64,000 nucleotides of DNA from Candidatus Obscuribacterales bacterium (GCA_965228855.1 CBDDIJ010000002.1:704001-768000); one strand, 5' to 3'. Shown: positions 32,030 to 43,216, counted from the stretch's first letter. The notes: generated from the letters alone by a model not told the origin. Numbers and translations: made by a program.

Positions 32030-34066
32030 TCAACCGACCGTGCCGCCTCGACAACCGGTGTCCTTCTGACCCGGCTGGCAGGGCGGTGGCAGGGTGTCAC
32101 CTGCAGCCGGAGCCGCAGAACCCTGCCCGTCATCCGCGGAACCCGTGGACGGCTCGGAAGCCGCCTCGGAGCCGTCGGTCAGCTCGACCTGGGCTTCCGG
32201 GTCCACGCTGTCGATGTTCTCGAAGCGCAGCCGGACGGCGTCCAGCATGGCCAGCGAATTCGCCTCCACGAAGCGAGCCGCCTTCATGGCGGGCACACCC
32301 GACTTCACCAGCCCCCAGTACGCCAGCGACGCAGCCGCAGCCACATACGTGGCATGGATGTCGCCGAGGTCGTCGGGCAGCGCGGCCGAGCCGTTCATCA
32401 GATTGTCGACCAGGCGGTCGACCTTCAGCTGACGGCGTTCGGTCCAGTTGATGATGTCGACCGTGGCGAGCCCACCGAGCGCCGCGAGCGGCGAACGGAT
32501 GAGAGCCTTTGCCACCACAGGAGCCACCGCCTTCAGGTCCTCGACCGGGATGCGGATCGCGACCTTCGACTTGGGGTTGTCGCTGCGCCAGGTGATGAAC
32601 TTGGGAACTTCGCCCACCGCCTGGTCGGCGAGCAGCCGGCACTGGGTCGCTTCGGCCGGGAAGCCGATTTCGTCGAGCGCCGCCGCCACGATGTACGCGC
32701 GGATGTAATCCGGCGGATGCGGCCAGAACTGGATCGTCTTCTGGTCGTTCTCCAGCTTGTTGATGCTGAAGTACGAGCCGGCGCGCAGAAGGCGCGGCGT
32801 CTTGAACACACCGTCACCCTTCGAGTTGAACGCCGAGAACGTCGAGATCATGTTGTACAGGTACGCCGGACCGGACAGCAGGATGCCGCCCGAGATGTCG
32901 GCGTCGACCTCACCGATGGTGTCTGCGAACAGTTTCACCATGATGTTGGAGGTCGGAACCTCCGTGCGATCGATGCGCACGGTGTCCTGCGAGAACTTGA
33001 TCTCCTGCTTTTCGCACGCCTCGGCAATCGCCTTGGCGACCACCATGGTGAGCTCGTCGCCGAGTCCCTCGACATCCGCGAAGATGTCGTGACGGAACTC
33101 GTGCATGTAGAGCACGAGCATCAGGGTGATAATCGAGCGCTCGTCATGCGGGACTTCGATGGCATGTGCGCCGACCGGACCACGCGTGCCAGGCAGGGTA
33201 GCCGGACCGTGCTCGCTGAAGCGGGCGACGAAAACGTTGCCGACATGGAACTTGGACGTCTTGAGCCGCTCCTTGACCTCGGCATCGAGCTTGATGCCGA
33301 AGTCCAGCCCTTCGAACAGGCGGAAGGCCTGCTCGACAGCGAAGACGACCGCTTCCAGCTGTTTGTAGTTGCCGGAGCGCAGCTGCCCGAAGGCGTCCGT
33401 CCAGATGCGCAGCACGCCAAGGATCTGCGCGAGCTGCTCGTCCAGCGACTGGATGGCATGCTGGAGCAGCTGACCCTCGGGAACGTTGGGGTTCTGGGCG
33501 ACGAGCACCGAGAACACACGCGGCAAGGTCTCGAGATAGAGCGTGCGCAGCTTCGTAAGCTGCTGCTCCAGGCTCTCGATCGCCGGCAGGTACCGCGGCT
33601 TGAGCGGCACAATTTCCGACTTGGCCCACGCCACTTTGTCGGCATGGTCGTCGAAGCGCTCCGCGACGATGGCGTCGTACTTGCCGGCATCCATCATGAG
33701 CCGAAGACCTTCGGCGGCGGAGAACAGGGTCGCATCCACGCCGGAGACACGGGCGCGGGGAAGTTGCGGGATCAGGCCTGCCGACTGCGACGAAATGCTT
33801 CCTTTATTCGGCAGACCCGGGATAAAACCCACATCGGTCACCTTCAGCGAGGCGTCCGTGGTGGGCTTGGCACCTTTGCCTTTGCCGCCTTTGTCAGCGG
33901 CAATCTTCTCGCCCAGGCGGGCGAGGGAACGGTTGACCGCCTCCTCGACCGTGGGGAAGTTGAAATTCTCATCCCCGTAGCCGGGGCAAATCACCATGTT
34001 GGGGCGGCAACCACCGGGCTTGTGCTCGTGCTTGTCGCGTTTGGTGATGTCGAGAACGATTGTCAT
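32030..34066 (-). CDS. Hypothetical HExxH zincin-like protein
   Basis: MHEFRHD, GEVDAD, HPPDYIR; RBS AAGGAG. Confidence 0.75.
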   Translation of the reverse strand: MTIVLDITKRDKHEHKPGGCRPNMVICPGYGDENFNFPTVEEAVNRSLARLGEKIAADKGGKGKGAKPTTDASLKVTDVGFIPGLPNKGSISSQSAGLIPQLPRARVSGVDATLFSAAEGLRLMMDAGKYDAIVAERFDDHADKVAWAKSEIVPLKPRYLPAIESLEQQLTKLRTLYLETLPRVFSVLVAQNPNVPEGQLLQHAIQSLDEQLAQILGVLRIWTDAFGQLRSGNYKQLEAVVFAVEQAFRLFEGLDFGIKLDAEVKERLKTSKFHVGNVFVARFSEHGPATLPGTRGPVGAHAIEVPHDERSIITLMLVLYMHEFRHDIFADVEGLGDELTMVVAKAIAEACEKQEIKFSQDTVRIDRTEVPTSNIMVKLFADTIGEVDADISGGILLSGPAYLYNMISTFSAFNSKGDGVFKTPRLLRAGSYFSINKLENDQKTIQFWPHPPDYIRAYIVAAALDEIGFPAEATQCRLLADQAVGEVPKFITWRSDNPKSKVAIRIPVEDLKAVAPVVAKALIRSPLAALGGLATVDIINWTERRQLKVDRLVDNLMNGSAALPDDLGDIHATYVAAAASLAYWGLVKSGVPAMKAARFVEANSLAMLDAVRLRFENIDSVDPEAQVELTDGSEAASEPSTGSADDGQGSAAPAAGDTLPPPCQPGQKDTGCRGGTVG

Positions 34067-34166
34067 ACTTATCGCTCCTTCATTTAGGTTTGACGGCGCC
34101 CGCAAGCGGAGACCGGCTGACAAAGCCGGTCTCGCGAGCACCTGATGACTGATCTGGATGAAATAC

Positions 34167-35585
34167 CTACTGCTGCCCCAGGCTGCCGAGCACGCGCGCG
34201 AGCTTGGCGGCGAGCACGTTGACCGGCGGAACAGAGCGGTACTCGGGAATGTCGAGCCGCAAGTACGGACCGACGGCAGTGGGCGTCACAACCGTGTCGC
34301 CTTCCTGCAAAGCATGTTTGACCGCGGCAGCCGTCACTCCGTCCTGCTCGATTGCGAAGCAAACGATCGAGGACACAAGAGGACGAGACAAAGTCGATTC
34401 GAGCACCCGCACTCCGGCAATGCTCGAAAGCGCCTTCACGATCTTGGTGCGTTCCGCTTCCACCAGGGCGAGCTGGTTGCGACGCCGCTCTGCGAACGAA
34501 TCGCCCTTGCCGCGCTGATAGAAGTACATGAACGCCGCATTCATAGCCGCAATTTCGGGAAGCGAAACAGCACCGCGTTTCAAAATCCACTCGGGCAGAC
34601 GCTCTTCGAAGCGCGGCTCGAACTGGAAGTGAGCGAGTGCCGCCTCCCGAGGGAAATCCGCTTCCTGCGTCTTCTCGATGAAGATCTGGACGAGCTCTTC
34701 ACTCATCGCAAAGGCCGATGCCGTCAGCAGACCGCCCAGCGCCTTGGAGGCACTGAACAGATACGCGTCGCAGTACGACAACGGGTCAGCGGTGGCTTCG
34801 GCATCGCGACGAGCCATGCCCTGCTCATCATCGACTACGAAGAAGAGGTTGTGGCCCCGCTTGCGCAGGTCGCGAACCAGAGCGGCCACCTCTTTCACGG
34901 GCAGCAACCGACCGGTTTCGCTCACGGTCGGCAACACGATGCATCCGCAAGTGCCGGCTCCGGAGGAGGACTTGACGACGGCTTCTTCCAGCGCGCCAAC
35001 GAGCTGGTCGTTGTCGAGACTGGAGAGATTGATCGACTTTTCCTCGACTTCCTTACCAACCGGATAGGCGAGCGTGGAGCCGCTCTCGAAGAACACCTTC
35101 GTCACAGGAGCGAATGAAGCGTTCTTCGCTTCCACGGCGTCGCCACCATCTTCGGTGACACGCACGAGGAATACCTTGCGAAGATAGTTCGGCAGCCCGC
35201 CTGCGATCCCACGGAAGTCGGGATGACGTCCGACGTGGAACAACATGCGAGTAGCGAGCGTGACCGACGAGCGACCGGAGGCATCAAGGATGACCGGAAC
35301 GTCGTCGGAGAGCGAGAGAACCTTACGCGTCCAGTAGCGCGCGTAGTCGGTTTCTTGCTCGTAATAATCGTTGAGAGCATCGACGTCGCCGGCGCCGACA
35401 AAGCGCAAGACGGAAGCGATGCTGTTCTTCGCCGGCGCGAACATCTCGGTCGTCGGCGAGGCGATGTTGGTGCCGGCCCACCAGTTGCGCCACTTCTGTT
35501 TCCAGGCCACACCGTGGACTGGAACCGGGGAGAGACTGGCAGCCGGAGCCACCAGACCTTGTCCAATCGGGTCGAATCTCTTCAT
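34167..35585 (-). CDS. Divergent PLP-dependent (fold type I, class V-like) enzyme
   Basis: TGRLLPV, VVDDEQG, DAYLFSASKALGG. Confidence 0.7.
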   Translation of the reverse strand: MKRFDPIGQGLVAPAASLSPVPVHGVAWKQKWRNWWAGTNIASPTTEMFAPAKNSIASVLRFVGAGDVDALNDYYEQETDYARYWTRKVLSLSDDVPVILDASGRSSVTLATRMLFHVGRHPDFRGIAGGLPNYLRKVFLVRVTEDGGDAVEAKNASFAPVTKVFFESGSTLAYPVGKEVEEKSINLSSLDNDQLVGALEEAVVKSSSGAGTCGCIVLPTVSETGRLLPVKEVAALVRDLRKRGHNLFFVVDDEQGMARRDAEATADPLSYCDAYLFSASKALGGLLTASAFAMSEELVQIFIEKTQEADFPREAALAHFQFEPRFEERLPEWILKRGAVSLPEIAAMNAAFMYFYQRGKGDSFAERRRNQLALVEAERTKIVKALSSIAGVRVLESTLSRPLVSSIVCFAIEQDGVTAAAVKHALQEGDTVVTPTAVGPYLRLDIPEYRSVPPVNVLAAKLARVLGSLGQQ

Positions 35586-35921
35586 ATAGACCTCACTGAA
35601 GTAAGGGTTGAAACGCTTCCAGCCGGAAGCCTCCTCAAATCGGAAATTCGAACGTGGCCGTAAGCACGGTCGTTCGACCACTTCGCAGTCGCGAAGTTAG
35701 GCTCCGCAAACAAATCACGGAGCCCTGGCAAACGCTGCCGAATTCTCAGCGCTTTCCAGGACCCCGAGAAAAAAACGGAAGCTGGAGCTGCATCGGCCAG
35801 GCGACTCGGTTTTCAAACCGAATCGACCGACCTTTGCAGCCCCAGCCCCGTTCAAAACATCACAGCACCATTAGTGGTGCCCAAGAGCCGAAACCCTCAG
35901 GCACCACTTCCGGTATCAGAC

Positions 35922-38240
35922 TCAGTCGAGGTAATATTCGTCGTGGGTGTACACGTCGACCTCGATAGCCTTGATCTTGGCGGCATTCGCGACCGCGAGC
36001 CGGTCGGCTTCCGCCTTCGTGAGCACACCGATCTCGACCGCCTGAGCGGCGACCTCGGCGTTGATCGCGCCGCGCGGCAGCGTGCGCGCCTTCTGGGCAG
36101 CGATGACCTTGTCGACCAGCGGCTGGGTTTCGCTGGTGAGGCGGAAAGCCTCGATCAGCTGACCGAGCCCGAGCTCGTCGCCGGCAGGCACGAACACACC
36201 GTCGGTGAGACGGTTGAACTGCTCGCCGTAGGTCTGGACGGTAGCCGCCGCCTTGCGGGCGAGAGCGTCGGACGGAGCGCGACCGAGCGGGTTGAGCCGC
36301 AGGGTAGCCGCACCGACTGTGCGCATCAGGAAGCCGAGGACGGGCACGTCGAAGTTGGCATAGATGCCCTCGAACGCCGTCTGCACTTCGCTCAGCGCCT
36401 GCGTCAGCGCGTAGCGCACGAGCGGCAGGTCTTCCTTGCAACGACCTTCAGCCTCGAAGCGCCGCAGCGCCGAGAAGCCGAGCAGCATCCAGGCCACCGC
36501 GTCGGCGTACCGACCGGTGAGCATCTGGCGCGCCTTGAGCTTGCCGCCGACCGTGAACATCGCCAGGTCGGTGAGCGTGCCGAAGTGGGCAGCCGCCCAG
36601 CCCAGGCGCCGGTAGTAGGACCGCGTCTCCGGAGCGACCCGGGGAACGCTGGTGGTCCAGCCGCGCGTCAGGCTCCGCACGCCGGTGCGCACGAGGCCCA
36701 GACCGAAGTGCGTCATCCAGCCCAGCAGGTTCCAGCGGAAGGCCGGAACGTCGCTGTCGTCGACCGCATGCACCACCTTGAGCGCGTAGGGATGGCAGCG
36801 GGTGGCGCCCTGACCGAAGATCATCAGGGTACGCGTGAGGATGTTGGCACCCTCGACGGTGATGCCGACCGGAGCACCGGTGTAGCCCTTGGCCAGGACG
36901 TTGCGCGGGCCCTGCATGACGGCGGAACCGGCCATGATGTCCATGGCGTCGATGCCGTTCTTGCGCGCGATCTCGGTCGTGTACGCCTTCAGGACCGCGG
37001 AGGTCACCGGCGGCTGCACGCCCGAGTCGACGGCCGAGCACACGAAGATGCGCGCCGCGTCCAGCATGTAGGTCATGGCCGCGATCGAAGCGACCTTTTC
37101 CTCGATGCCTTCCATCTGACCGATCTGGCGGTTGAACTGCGAACGCACCATCGAATAGGCGCCGGCCGCAGCGGCCGAGATCTTCAGGTTGCCGACCGCA
37201 CCAGCGGGAAGCGAGACGCAGCGACCGCCGGCGAGCTGCTCCATGAGCATCTTCCAGCCGCCGCCAGCGTACGCCGGACCGCCGATGATGTTGTCGAGCG
37301 GAACGACCACGTCGTCACCCTTGAGCGTGCCGTTCTCGAACGGCTCGCCGATCGGGATGTGGTGCGGACCGTTGACGAACCCGGGGGTGCCCTTGTGGAT
37401 CAGCACGCAGGTGATGCCGATATCGCCCTTGTTCTCCGCGGTCGACTTGCCCAGCAGGTTGTCGGGATCCGACAGCTGGATGGCGACGGTGCAGAGGTTG
37501 GCGATCGGCGCCAGCGTGATGTAGCGCTTCTCGAAGTTCATCTTGATCTTGACCTGACCGTCGGTGTCGCGGAAGACGACGCCTTCGGACTTCATGCTGG
37601 CGGCATCGGAGCCGGCAGTCTTTTCGGTCAGACCGAAACACGGGACGTATTCGCCCGACGCCAGCTTCGGCAGGTAAGCCTGCTTCTGCTCGTCGGTGCC
37701 GTAGTGGATGAGGAGCTCACCGGCGCCCAGCGAGTTCGGGATCATGACCCGCACGCCGACGGTGAACGAGTACGGCGTCAGGGTGTGCAGGATGGTCGAG
37801 ACGGCCAGGCGGGAGAAGCCCTTGCCACCGAACTCCTTGGGGATGATCAGCCCCATGAAGCCCTGCGCCTTGATGAAGTCGAAGACGTGCTCGGGGACAC
37901 GGCGCGTCTTGCCGACCTGGTGATGGTCGAACATGCGACACAGCTCGACGAGCGGTCCGTCGATGAAAGCCTGCTCTTCGGCCGTCAGCCCACCGTAGGG
38001 CTTGTCGAGCATCGAGCGAAAGTTGGGCTTACCGGCGAAGATATCGCCATCGAGCCAGACATCCCCGGCCTCGAGCGCCTGGCGCTCGGTCTCGGAGATT
38101 TGCGGAAGAACCTTCATCTTCTTCATCGTGTTCATGATGAAACGGAAGACGGGGTCACCACGGCGTCCCTTGCCGGAGTTTCCGCTGATCGAACCTTCCG
38201 CGGCGTTGCCCCGCGGATTTTTATCGTTTTTCAGACTCAT
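35922..38240 (-). CDS. fadE: Acyl-CoA dehydrogenase, FadE-type
   Basis: SETERQALEAG.VW, PNSLG.GELL..YGT, PCFGLTE..AGSDA, ITVEGANILTR. Confidence 0.9.
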   Translation of the reverse strand: MSLKNDKNPRGNAAEGSISGNSGKGRRGDPVFRFIMNTMKKMKVLPQISETERQALEAGDVWLDGDIFAGKPNFRSMLDKPYGGLTAEEQAFIDGPLVELCRMFDHHQVGKTRRVPEHVFDFIKAQGFMGLIIPKEFGGKGFSRLAVSTILHTLTPYSFTVGVRVMIPNSLGAGELLIHYGTDEQKQAYLPKLASGEYVPCFGLTEKTAGSDAASMKSEGVVFRDTDGQVKIKMNFEKRYITLAPIANLCTVAIQLSDPDNLLGKSTAENKGDIGITCVLIHKGTPGFVNGPHHIPIGEPFENGTLKGDDVVVPLDNIIGGPAYAGGGWKMLMEQLAGGRCVSLPAGAVGNLKISAAAAGAYSMVRSQFNRQIGQMEGIEEKVASIAAMTYMLDAARIFVCSAVDSGVQPPVTSAVLKAYTTEIARKNGIDAMDIMAGSAVMQGPRNVLAKGYTGAPVGITVEGANILTRTLMIFGQGATRCHPYALKVVHAVDDSDVPAFRWNLLGWMTHFGLGLVRTGVRSLTRGWTTSVPRVAPETRSYYRRLGWAAAHFGTLTDLAMFTVGGKLKARQMLTGRYADAVAWMLLGFSALRRFEAEGRCKEDLPLVRYALTQALSEVQTAFEGIYANFDVPVLGFLMRTVGAATLRLNPLGRAPSDALARKAAATVQTYGEQFNRLTDGVFVPAGDELGLGQLIEAFRLTSETQPLVDKVIAAQKARTLPRGAINAEVAAQAVEIGVLTKAEADRLAVANAAKIKAIEVDVYTHDEYYLD

Positions 38241-38398
38241 GATTATTGTCCTTGAACTCCAGTCCTCGCGGACCGAAGGGGAAGTGAATTGCAGCAAGAA
38301 GGGCTCAACGCGAGCCACGACAAAAACCGAATTCAGACGGATGCGGAGCGGGCGAGTGCCCGCTCCGCTCCGAGTAAACACTCAGCGGTGAGCCGAGA

Positions 38399-39415
38399 TT
38401 ACAGACCGACGGCGGCCCAGGCAGCCTTGAGGTCGGCTTCCAGGGTCGGGTGCAGCGCGCGGCAGTTCTCCAGCGACTTGGCGACGAACGCCTTGAAGTC
38501 GGCCTTCGAGGTGACGCGGTTGGCACCGCAGTTGGTGGCGTACCAGATCTCGAACGGACGCTCCCAGGCGTTGCCGCCGACGGCGCGCGCGAAGGTCGCG
38601 AACGCCTTGTTCGGGATGCCCGAGTTGATGTGCACGCCGCCGTTGTCGGACCAGCCGGTGTAGAGGTCCTTCATGTGGGCCGGCTGCGGGTCCTTGCCGG
38701 TCTTCGGGTCGTCGTACGCGGTGCCCGGGTTGAGCATGTCGCGCAGCGCGCGGCCGTTGACCTTCTTGGTCCACAGGCCCGGACCGACCAGCCAGCTGTC
38801 GTCGGCAGCGGAGAGCTTCGCGCGGTACTGACGGCAGAGCACGCCGACGACGTCGGAGAAGTGCTCGTTGAGCGCGCCGGACTGGCCCTGGTAGACGAGG
38901 GACGAGGTGTGCTCGGTGACGCCGTGCGCCATCTCGTGGCCGACGACGTCCTCGATGACGAACGTCTGGAACAGGTCGCCGTCACCGTCGCCGTACGTCA
39001 TCTGCGAACCGTTCCAGAACGCGTTGTTGTACTTGCGACCGTAGTGCACGGTGCCGACCAGCGCCATGCCGGCGTCGTCGATGGAGTTGCGCTTCACGAC
39101 CTGCGCCAGGAAGTCCTTGACGCCGCCGTGGAATTCGTAGGCGTTGTCGACGACCGCGTCGCCGGTGGCCTTGTCGCCTTCGAAGCGGGCCTTGGTGCCC
39201 GGCAGCGACTGACGGCCCTGGGCGTCGTAGATCTTGCGGTCGCCATTGCCGGCGCCGGCGAAGAGACCCGGGCGGCGAGCGACGAGCGACTGCCCCTTCT
39301 GGAACAGCTTCTGGGTCTCGACCAGGGTGAGAGCGTAGTTGAGGTTGTTCGGGTTACGGCGAGCGAGCTCGAGGAGCAGGTCCGCGTAGATGTACCCTTC
39401 GATGTGGTGACTCAT
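38399..39415 (-). CDS. M4 family metallopeptidase (protealysin-like)
   Basis: YNNAFWNG, HEMAH, GALNEHFSD, DNGGVHINSGIPN; no signal peptide. Confidence 0.93.
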   Translation of the reverse strand: MSHHIEGYIYADLLLELARRNPNNLNYALTLVETQKLFQKGQSLVARRPGLFAGAGNGDRKIYDAQGRQSLPGTKARFEGDKATGDAVVDNAYEFHGGVKDFLAQVVKRNSIDDAGMALVGTVHYGRKYNNAFWNGSQMTYGDGDGDLFQTFVIEDVVGHEMAHGVTEHTSSLVYQGQSGALNEHFSDVVGVLCRQYRAKLSAADDSWLVGPGLWTKKVNGRALRDMLNPGTAYDDPKTGKDPQPAHMKDLYTGWSDNGGVHINSGIPNKAFATFARAVGGNAWERPFEIWYATNCGANRVTSKADFKAFVAKSLENCRALHPTLEADLKAAWAAVGL

Positions 39416-40393
39416 TTGAATTACCTTTCAGGTTAGGAGAAGCACGACGGTGCTTCTGTCAGAGGTTGAATTTCGCAGGCGAAAACCCCGGTCATGCATT
39501 GACCCGGAGCCTGACTAAGAAAAGTCTCCCGAACCAAAACGTCAGTCAAGAAAACCTCGCGAAACACAAAACCTGCTCTTTCACCGAACTCAAAGACAGA
39601 GCCGGGAGAAGGGCGAGTTAGTTAAGTAATCGCGAAGTAGGAGGTTTTCTTCGACTAAACAATAAAGGTTAAGGATGCAGAAAGACCCTAGCTGTAAAGA
39701 CCGAAACTAAGCAACTCTCAGGCATTAGATGTGTATAAGCACTATATACATACTTGGCATTGCCGCGCCTCGTGAAAGACAGTTTATGAGAGGAGCCGGC
39801 TAACAGCTAGCAGAGCTAACGCCAATAGCGCGAGCCATGATCAGTCCAGCCAAAAGCCAACCCTGCGCCACCATATACAGTGCTTGACATTCAGGCTGCC
39901 AAGAACACGGTTTACGCGCGCGCGGAGCCAGAATTAGCTATGTCTGATTTGAATCTCAAGAGGAGTAGAAAGTACTGTTTACTCGCTATAACCTTTGCAT
40001 CTTTACGTGACAGGCCACTAAGAAACAGTTCCTCGATGTGCGCGAAAACCTGTTCTAGAGCTGATTTTAATCGGCGTGAACCTTAACGTGTTTCGTGACT
40101 AGTCAGTCATGATGCGCGTTTCGACAAAAGTGTTTTCCGGTCAGATGAGAGGAAGAACTGTTGTCGACTGGTTTTACAGGCAGACGCACTTCAACATGAG
40201 CGGCTCCTAATAACTGTCAAGACGAGAGTGAAGGTTAACAGTAGCTTACTTTCTTGCGACGAGAGAGAGACAATAAGTCTCGATCAGGATCAGTTCAGTA
40301 CGGCTGCTCGCTGCGGGCTCAACCTCGAAGCGCACCCCAGCCGGAAGAATGGATTACTGCAGACAAGAAAAAATATTCGGAGTAAGTAAGCAA

Positions 40394-43102
40394 ATGACTA
40401 AGCCTGACGATTCAATCGCAATTTCTCAGGCCGATTTCAGACTGCCCCGCCACGTCATCCCCAGCCGTTATGACATGACCCTGCGCCCCGACCTGAAGGA
40501 ATTCACCTTCACGGGCGACGAAGTCGTCGATATCGAGATTCTCGAAGCGACGAGTGAAATCAAGGTCAACGCCAAGAAGCTGGAGATCCCCAGCGCGTTC
40601 GTCGTCAAGGCTGACGGCACGCGCCTGAACGGCAAAGTCGAGATTGACGAGAAGACCGAGATCGCAACCATCACGTTCGCGGGCGTACTTGGGAAAGGCG
40701 CATGGAAACTCCATTGCACCTTCTCCGGTGTGCTCAACGACAAGCTCAAGGGTTTCTACCGCAGCTTCTGGACCGACGACCAGGGCGGCAAGCATGCAAT
40801 CGCTTGCACCCAGTTCGAAGCTACCGACGCGCGGCAGGCCTTCCCTTGCTTCGACGAACCCGAGTTCAAAGCCACTTTCAAGTGCGCGCTCGAGGTCGAT
40901 GAAAACCTGACCGCAATCTCCAACGGTCGCGTGCTCAAGGAAGAAGTGCTCGACGCCGGCATCCAGTATGTCAGCGTGCGCGCTTCGGACGCCAAGCCGG
41001 TCAGCAAGAAGCGCGTCGAATTCGCGGAAACGATGAAGATGTCCACGTACCTCGTGGCATTCATCGTCGGCGAGTTCAGAAGCTCCAAGCCGGTCAACGT
41101 CAACGGCAAGGAAGTCCGCATCTGGTGCGTTCCCGGCAAGGAACACCTGATGGACTTCGCTCTGAAAGCCGCGTCCTTCGGGCTCGACTGGTACGAGAAG
41201 TACTTCAACATCGCCTATCCGGGCGGCGACAAGGTCGACCACATCGCCATTCCCGACTTCGCGTCGGGCGCGATGGAAAACCTGGGCGCCATCACCTACC
41301 GCGAAACCGCGTTGCTCGTCGACGAGAAAACCGCTCCGCACTCCGCGCTCAAGCGCGTCGCCGAAGTCGTTCTCCACGAGCTCGCCCACATGTGGTTCGG
41401 CGACCTGGTCACGATGGGTTGGTGGAACGGACTGTGGTTGAACGAATCGTTCGCCACGTTCATGGAAAACCTCTGCCTGCATCACTGGAAGCCGGATTGG
41501 AACGTCTGGGAGGAATTCGCTCTCGGTCGCGCCGCCGCTGCCCGTCTCGATGCGCTCAAGTCCACCCACCCGATCGAGTGCCCCGTCCACCATCCGGACG
41601 AGATTGACGAACTGTTCGACCTGATCTCTTACGAGAAGGGCTGCTCAGTTCTCTATCAAATCCACCAGTTCATCGGCAAGGACGCGTTCCAGCACGGCAT
41701 CCGCGCTTACCTCAAGAAGCATTCGTTCGGCAACACCGAGACGCATGACCTCTGGGACGCGCTGGAATCCTCGTGCAAAGAGCTCGGTCTCAACCTGCCG
41801 GTCCGCGACATCATGGATGCCTGGGTGTTCACCCTCGGCCATCCGGTGATTGAAGTGAAGGAAGGCAGCGCCGAAGGCACCGTCGTCCTGCACCAGAAGC
41901 AGTTCACCTTCCTCCCCCGCGATGAAGAAGCCAAAGCCACGCTCTGGCCGATTCCCGTCACCATGCGAATCGCGAAGAAGGACGGTTCTTCCGAGGAAAA
42001 GAAACTCGTGCTCAAGGGCGAAGAGGAATCGGTTTATGTCGGCGAGAACTACGACCATGTCGTGGTCAATGCCGGCGGATCCGGTTTCTACCGTGTGGTC
42101 TACTCGCACGGGCTCAACGAGCGCCTGATCGGCGACGTACAAAGTTGCCTCTCGGTCGTGGAGCGCTTCAATCTCGTCAACGACAGCTGGGCTACGGTGC
42201 GCGCGCGCATCACGCCTGTCACCGACTACCTGGAAGTGGTCAAACTGTTCAGCGGTGAAGAAGACCCGAACGTCTGGTCCACCATCTGTGGTTCCATGTC
42301 GGCGCTCAACCGGCTCGTCTCCGGCTCGCACAGAACGGCTCTGCAAAAGGTCGTTCGCGAACTGATCGGACCTGCCGTCGAGAAGCTGGGCTGGGATCAG
42401 CGTCCAAGCGATTCGATCCAGACGCGCGAGCTGCGCGGCACTCTGATCAGCACGCTGGGCACCATCGGCGATGATGCCGCTGTGCAGAAGAAAGCGGCCG
42501 AATACTTCGACAAGTGGAAGAAGGACAAGGCATCCGTCGAAGCCAACGTCGTCCCGGCACTCGTGAGCATCCTGGCTTACACCGGCGACGAAAAGCGCTA
42601 CAACGAATTCGACCAGCTCTCCAAGGAAGCCACCACGCCACAGGACACGCTGCGCTTCATCAATGCGCTCGCGCGTTTCCGTGACGCCAAGCTCCTGGAG
42701 CGCACGATCGCCAAGTGCCTCTCCGACGAGGTCAAGACTCAGGACGCCCCGTATCTGTTCGCGAGCCTGCTCGCCAACGAAGATGCCGGTCCGGCGGCCT
42801 GGAAGTTCCTGACCGAGAAGTTCGACGACATGGTCGCCGCCTATCCGGAAAACGGAGTCGTGCGCATGTGCGGTGCCGCCGAGTACCTCGACAAAGAGGC
42901 GCTCGCCGACGAAGTCCGTACTTTCTTCTCGACGAAGAAGGTGAAATCGGGTGACATGGCTGTCGCTCAGATGCTCGAGCAGCTCGAAATCAACCTGCAA
43001 CTTCGCAAGGAGCAGGCCGCGCCTCTCGAGATGCACCTGGTGCCTGTCACCACTGACGGTGCCAAGCAGGAAGCAACCGCGGGCTCGAAGAAGTCCAAGT
43101 AA
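40394..43102 (+). CDS. M1 family aminopeptidase with ERAP1-like C-terminus
   Basis: TQFEATDAR.AFPCFDEP, GAMEN, HELAHMWFG...WLNE. Confidence 0.95.
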   Translation: MTKPDDSIAISQADFRLPRHVIPSRYDMTLRPDLKEFTFTGDEVVDIEILEATSEIKVNAKKLEIPSAFVVKADGTRLNGKVEIDEKTEIATITFAGVLGKGAWKLHCTFSGVLNDKLKGFYRSFWTDDQGGKHAIACTQFEATDARQAFPCFDEPEFKATFKCALEVDENLTAISNGRVLKEEVLDAGIQYVSVRASDAKPVSKKRVEFAETMKMSTYLVAFIVGEFRSSKPVNVNGKEVRIWCVPGKEHLMDFALKAASFGLDWYEKYFNIAYPGGDKVDHIAIPDFASGAMENLGAITYRETALLVDEKTAPHSALKRVAEVVLHELAHMWFGDLVTMGWWNGLWLNESFATFMENLCLHHWKPDWNVWEEFALGRAAAARLDALKSTHPIECPVHHPDEIDELFDLISYEKGCSVLYQIHQFIGKDAFQHGIRAYLKKHSFGNTETHDLWDALESSCKELGLNLPVRDIMDAWVFTLGHPVIEVKEGSAEGTVVLHQKQFTFLPRDEEAKATLWPIPVTMRIAKKDGSSEEKKLVLKGEEESVYVGENYDHVVVNAGGSGFYRVVYSHGLNERLIGDVQSCLSVVERFNLVNDSWATVRARITPVTDYLEVVKLFSGEEDPNVWSTICGSMSALNRLVSGSHRTALQKVVRELIGPAVEKLGWDQRPSDSIQTRELRGTLISTLGTIGDDAAVQKKAAEYFDKWKKDKASVEANVVPALVSILAYTGDEKRYNEFDQLSKEATTPQDTLRFINALARFRDAKLLERTIAKCLSDEVKTQDAPYLFASLLANEDAGPAAWKFLTEKFDDMVAAYPENGVVRMCGAAEYLDKEALADEVRTFFSTKKVKSGDMAVAQMLEQLEINLQLRKEQAAPLEMHLVPVTTDGAKQEATAGSKKSK

Positions 43103-43179
43103 TTCGGTAGGTGGGGCGAGCACGGTCCCCGGACCGGCTCTCCTCACCTCAGCCGAAGAGCCTGAAATTGCACGCTTTT

Positions 43180-43216
43180 GGGAGGGCGGTCCACTCGGAT
43201 CGCCCTCCTTCTTTTC
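43180..43216 (+). terminator. Intrinsic terminator
   Basis: GGAGGGCGGTCC-N4-GGATCGCCCTCC followed by TTCTTTT. Confidence 0.75.

Noticed and set aside
31952..39436. Long plus-strand ORFs of 711, 319, 793 and 328 aa
   Set aside because: They are antisense shadows of high-GC3 minus-strand genes that carry clear motifs.
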